From Basidiobolus meristosporus CBS 931.73 (Eukaryota; Fungi; Basidiobolomycota): a stretch of 59,103 nt of DNA. The notes under the pieces were generated by a model. It saw nothing but the letters and a program-made list of their open reading frames with translations, was not told the DNA's origin and made no database searches. The DNA is taken from positions 1 to 59,103 of the forward strand of contig MCFE01000553.1 in NCBI GenBank assembly GCA_002104905.1, in the 5' to 3' direction. A program made the translations under genes and the position numbers. Positions 54,183 through 59,103 of this stretch are shown here, one piece after another; the first letter of the stretch is position 1; each line of letters starts with the position of its first letter.

Positions 54183-57100
54183 GGTTATGAGACCCAAGCT
54201 GTCATTCTCTGCAATGTCTACTACTGCTCTCACTGTAATATTTCCCTCTGTAAAAAGCTGGAAGGATCTAACTACCAAGTGTGGAAGGTGAAGATGAAGA
54301 TGGTGCTAGAAGAAAGAGGCCTTTGGGAAATTGTCATGGGAGAAGTATGCCCTATTAAAAGTGTAGGAGAGGCAGCCTTAAAGTACCAGAAGAAAGAACA
54401 AAGTGTCTTTAAGTGCATGCCTCAGTGTCAAAGACAAATTGCTAATTTAATGCTCAAGAGCAAAAACCACAAAGAATGCCTGGAAGGGATTAGAAGACAC
54501 ATACCAGTCATATTCAGCAGCTCAATATTGAGTGAAAATGGACAGAATTAGCATTGTGAATCAGCAATCACAATATATACAAGTTACAATGCAAGATCAA
54601 TATAGCTGAGTATGTCAACATTGATGAAACTGATGAAACAAGCTGGGAGATGTGGCATAGGAGGCTAGGACACATTGGGCAATAGAAAATGAGCCAATTG
54701 GAGAAAAATCAGCTTGTTTTGGGCCTAAATTACCCAATTTCAGTCAAATTAAGTGTCTGTCAGGGATGTTCATATGGTAAACAAGCTAGGCAACATTTCA
54801 GGAGCTCAGGAGGCATTAACACCACCAATGTATTGGCTATTGTGCACTCAGATATATGCAGGCCCATGAGAACACTGCTGTTTGGAGCCAAGAGATACTT
54901 TATGATATATATTGATGACAAGACAAGATGTACATGAGTGTACTTTCTCAACACAAAGAACAAGGCTTTAGAGATGTTTTGGCACTTCAAGAACATGGCA
55001 GAAACACAAGCTGGGTGTAAATTGAAGGTTATTTGAAGTGACAATGGAGGGGAATACTGCTCAAGGGAGTTTGCAAAATACTGCTCATCTACTGGCAAAC
55101 TATGGCAGAACACTATTCCACAAACCCCACAGCAAAATAGCGTAGCAGAATGTGCAAATAGAGATGGTAAGATCTATGGTACATGAAAAGGGAATGGACT
55201 ACAAGATCTGGGCTGAATCTGTTGCTACTACAGTATACATCAAAAATAGATGCCCTACAATGGGACTGCTTGTTTCATCACCCTTTGAAGCAAGAACCAG
55301 ACCTCCAGAACCTCAGGATCTGTGGCAGAGATGTTTTCTATCACATCCCTGACAAAAAATGCTATAAGCTGGAACCAAAGAGTAGAAAAGGGATCTTTCT
55401 TGGGTATTGTGAGGACACTAAAGGGTATAGGGTGTATGATGGCAAAACTCAGAAGCTGATCAAGAGCAGGGATGTTGTAGTTGAAGAGAATTCAGATCAG
55501 AAAGCCACTTAACTCATTGGCCAGCTGACTGATAATGCAATCAATGCTAATGAAGAAAATACATACCTAATTCAGCCAGATATGGAAGATAATTCTATCA
55601 GTTCCAGAGCAGAGCAGATTACTCCAGTTAGGAGATCTACCAGAATAAGAAATGCCCTTGGATCTTGGTGGCAGACATCCAATAATCATCAAGAGGCTTA
55701 TCTTGCCTTATGTGCTAAACATCAAAATCTGGAACAGGCAGTGCAAGGTCCAGATGCTACTATGTGGCAACAAGCCAAGCAGGAGGAGTACCAATCACTG
55801 ATAAGGGCAAAAATATGGGAGCTGGTAGATTTACCAAATGGGAGAAAGTCAATAGGATATAGATGGAGCTACAAGATCAAGATAACCTCAAATGTTACCG
55901 TTGATAAATACAAAGCTAGATTGGTGGCTTAAGGCTATGCCCAGATCCAGGGACTAGACTTTAAGTAAACATTTGCTCTGGTAGCCAAATTTAACTCCAT
56001 TAGGGCAATTCTAACCCTGGCAGCTGTACAGAGTCTAGATCTACACCAAATGGACATCAAAACAGCTTTTCTAAATGGGGATCTGCAAGAAACTATATAT
56101 ATGGAGTAGCCTGAAGGCTTTACCAATCTAAAAGACCCCCATAAGGTGTGCAGACTTGAAAAATTACTATATGGGCTTAAACAGGCATCCAGAGCATGGT
56201 ATAGCAAGATTGACCCATATCTTGAGGAGATTGGGTTCATTTGTAGCACTGCAGGACACAGTATATATGTGAAGCAGCTTAAAAAGGCAATGATTACCCT
56301 GGTACATTGTGCAGAGAGCCTAATAATAGCTACAAGTGACCAGCAGGCACTTGAACAGAAAAAATCAGATCTCTTCAGCAAGTTTGAGATGAAAGATCTT
56401 GGAAAACTGCGCTATTTCTTGAAATTGAAGTCACATTTGACATAGCTATGCAGCAAATTGTGTTGAATCAGTCTGGGTACATTAGAGACATTTTCAGATG
56501 CTTCAAAATGAAAAATTGCAAGCCTGCAGCTACACCTAGGGACAATAATCTAAATTTGAGCAAATCTCAGCTAGTTTTAGGTGAAAACAGCTCAAATATG
56601 GACCAAACCTTTCCCTATCAGTTGATGGCTGGTAGTTTGATGTACTTGATGGTGTCTACACATCCAGATATAGCAGTGGCAGTTGAAATGGCTGGTTAGT
56701 TGATACAGAATTATGGATCTGCTCAAATTACAGCAGTTAAGCAATTCTTCAAATATCTGCAAGGTATCATTGATATGGTTCTGGAATACTCTGGAACAAC
56801 CAATAGGCATAGCTTTAATGACTATAGTGATTTAGATTGGGGTAGGATCTAATTGGCAGATGCTCTATCACTGGGCATGAAATTTTATATGCTGGTGTTG
56901 CTATTACTGGGAATTGCAAGAAACAACCAACTGTGGACCTATCTACCATGAAAGCTGAGCATATTGATGCTTGTGAAGCAACTAAGGAGGCTATATGGCT
57001 ACAAATATTATTCAAAGGCCTAGGTCTTATCTCAGATGAACTGAGATGTATTTACAAAGATAAACAAAGTTGTGTTACATTAACTGGGAATCCTACTAAT

Positions 57101-57295
57101 CATGCCAGAACTAAGCATATAGATATAAAACATCACTTTGTGAGGGAAGCTGTAGAAAGTATCTTAGTAGAGCTAGTTTACTGCCCAACTGACAAAATGG
57201 TAGCAGATATATTGACAAAACCACTAGCTAGACCACAATTTGAGAATCTCAGAGAGGAATTAGAACAAAGTTATTTACTTGAGGGGGAGTACTGA
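53834..57295 (+). mobile_element. Degenerate Ty1/copia element B (gag fragment, integrase, RT, RNase H)
   Basis: gag 54187-54521, WHRRLGHI (~54652), VHSDICRPM, DNGGEY, PQQNSVAE, YKARLVA*GYAQ, QMDIKTAFLNG, LYGLKQASRAW, KHIDIKHHFVRE, ADILTKPL. PPT GAGGGGGAG at 57281-57289. Many stops and frameshifts. Confidence 0.92.
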
Positions 57296-58150
57296 AATAT
57301 TGGACTACTTGGTATCATTCAGCAGCTAAAAATTTAACAACTCTAGACTAGTCTTGGTCACTGTAGGACTAATTTAGAGCCCTAACCTTGCCACTTTCTT
57401 CAGATCTATGATCCTATGCTTATTTCCCTATAGACAAGATCAAATTAGCACTTTTACCTAACATTTGACTTGTTCCATTTCACCATGCCAGGGAGCACAG
57501 CACAATCTGTGGTTTCTAAGAACAATTGGGTGCAATATTGAAGCTACCAATAGGTTGGATTGCTCTTGGACAATCTTGAACACTATGGCACAATCTGACA
57601 TGATAAGGTTGACATGGATGATTGTGCCAACTTGTAATGTTTACACCACATGTGCAATTAGATACCATTATTATGGTAGGTAAAGTCCAGTATTTGGATA
57701 TGTTTGTTTAATGTAAATGGAAATAAATGCATATCACACAATGAGCTACGCTGATACTTACTAATTTGGTTACCATCACTCCAATTGGATGGTATCTCAG
57801 TGGTTAATTGATCCAAAAGTCTCCTGAAGCTGTCAGCCCCCAATTGGCTCTTTGACCAATATACAAGCTACCTGATTCATCATAAATATCCCATTTTGCC
57901 CATTGAGCAACGGAATCCCTGACCCTAGTGATTGGACAAGCTGGCATAGCTAGCACACAACCAACTGGACATGTGCGCAATAGATCAAATGACTGCACTG
58001 GTGTTACAGATGATGTATATATATACAGGGTGTTTATTTATAGTGGCTCTGTCTCAAATGTGAGACAACCTTGATATTACTTGTATCAGAAGTTTAGTGA
58101 TCACTGATTTGCAATGGCTTAGTTTGGATTGCAAAAAAATGTGTTGTTTG

Positions 58151-58500
58151 TGTTGTAAGAGTCTTGGAGATATTGGAAGTGATTTGGAGAACAAGTAGAT
58201 TATGTGGTTTTCACTTAATGATTTATTGAATGTAAAAGTAGTATTTATACTTTTACATGGTCTTGGCATTGCAAACACGTAGAATAGGTTAAGGAAGGTC
58301 CCAAGAACATGTGTGCAAAGTTTGGGGCTGTTTGGACAACTTTGAGAATTTTCATGTTCTGGGTACCTGGTATTTTGGTGAAAATATTCTAAGTAAATCC
58401 CAACAAGGAATTTGGTCAGTATTCTCTAGGATTTGAAGGTGATGATCTGAGTGACTAAGTTAGGTGAATATTTAGGTGGAAAATACGAATTTTTACAACA
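58151..58500 (-). repeat. Family-1 LTR, 3' LTR of element C (350 bp, TGTTGTAA...TTACAACA)
   Basis: Perfect 8-bp terminal inverted repeat, TATAAATA and AATAAA signals, PPT AGTGGGAG at 58508-58501. Confidence 0.95.
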
Positions 58501-59103
58501 CTCCCACTCAGCTAAATGTTCATACTGACTAGTCCTAATTTTGACCTAAGATATTCAAACTTGTCTCTAGCTAATGGTTTGGTAAATATGTCTGCAATCA
58601 TTTCATCTGTAGGACAGTAAACTAAGCTAACTAAGTTATTCTCTATAGCTTCACGTATGAAATGATGTCTAATATCTATGTGCTTGGTTCTAGCATGAAA
58701 AGTTGGATTTCTACCTAATTGTATACATCCTTGATTATCTTGAAATAAAGTAATAGGCGTTTTTTGACATAGGCCTAAATCTGTAAAGAGCTTTCTTAAC
58801 CACATTGCTTCTTTTGTAGCTTCACAGGCTGCCATATACTCTGCCTCTGTAGTAGAAAGTGCTACGGTTGGTTGCTTTCTTGAATTCCATGAAATGGCTC
58901 CTTTACAGTAGAGAAAGGTGTATCCTGTGGTGGATCTTCTGTCTTCTAAATTTCGTCCCCAATCAGCATCAGAGTATCCCACAAGATCCTGTTCTGAATC
59001 CTTATAAGTGTATCTTAAGCAGATATCAGCAGTTCCTTTTAGGTATCTAAAAATCCGCTTAACTGCTGCAATATGATCAGATCCATAATTCTGATTATGT
59101 TGG
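58151..59103 (-). mobile_element. 3' end of a younger family-1 copia element (element C), continuing beyond the window
   Basis: Uninterrupted frame from the window edge to 58512: AVKRIFRYLKGT...GYSDADWG...RRSTTGY...KQPTVALSTTEAEY...RTKHIDIRHHF...ADIFTKPL. Confidence 0.93.

Noticed and set aside
24365-58500. Recurring ~350-bp repeats and their short ORFs (MPRPCKSINTTFTFNKS...) as a CRISPR-like array or gene family
   Set aside because: They are LTRs: TG...CA termini, PBS and PPT, adjacent gag/pol, and no repeat-spacer periodicity.

Overview
Eukaryotic, intron-rich genomic DNA with short (about 45-105 nt) GT-AG introns. It is most likely from an early-diverging fungus (Zoopagomycota/Mucoromycota-like). 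That is an inference from fungal genes (Mcm1, Skn7) sitting beside animal-like ones (CDC42SE/SPEC, kanadaptin, a GCK-III kinase with a PDCD10-binding tail). Thirteen protein-coding genes can be modelled by hand: MADS-box Mcm1/SRF, HSF-receiver Skn7, Prp28, a small secreted Ser/Thr-rich protein, NatB subunit Naa25/Mdm20, a CRIB microprotein, a STE20/GCK-III kinase, a bHLH-ZIP factor, kanadaptin, an ACS-family MFS transporter, a GNAT acetyltransferase, Pex11, and a stand-alone L-arabinokinase N-terminal-like protein. Two CpG-depleted transposon islands (24.4-29.3 kb and 52.9-59.1 kb) hold eight copies or fragments of one ~350-bp Ty1/copia LTR plus decayed gag/pol. This family has a Ty5/copia-type half-tRNA(iMet) primer site. 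The most unusual signal is a ~56-bp hairpin segment about 90 bp upstream of the LTR TATA box that occurs in both orientations among copies and has inverted at least twice. I found no rRNA, tRNA or CRISPR array. Several intergenic kb look like decayed coding DNA that I cannot identify reliably without a search. Exon structures were inferred by eye.
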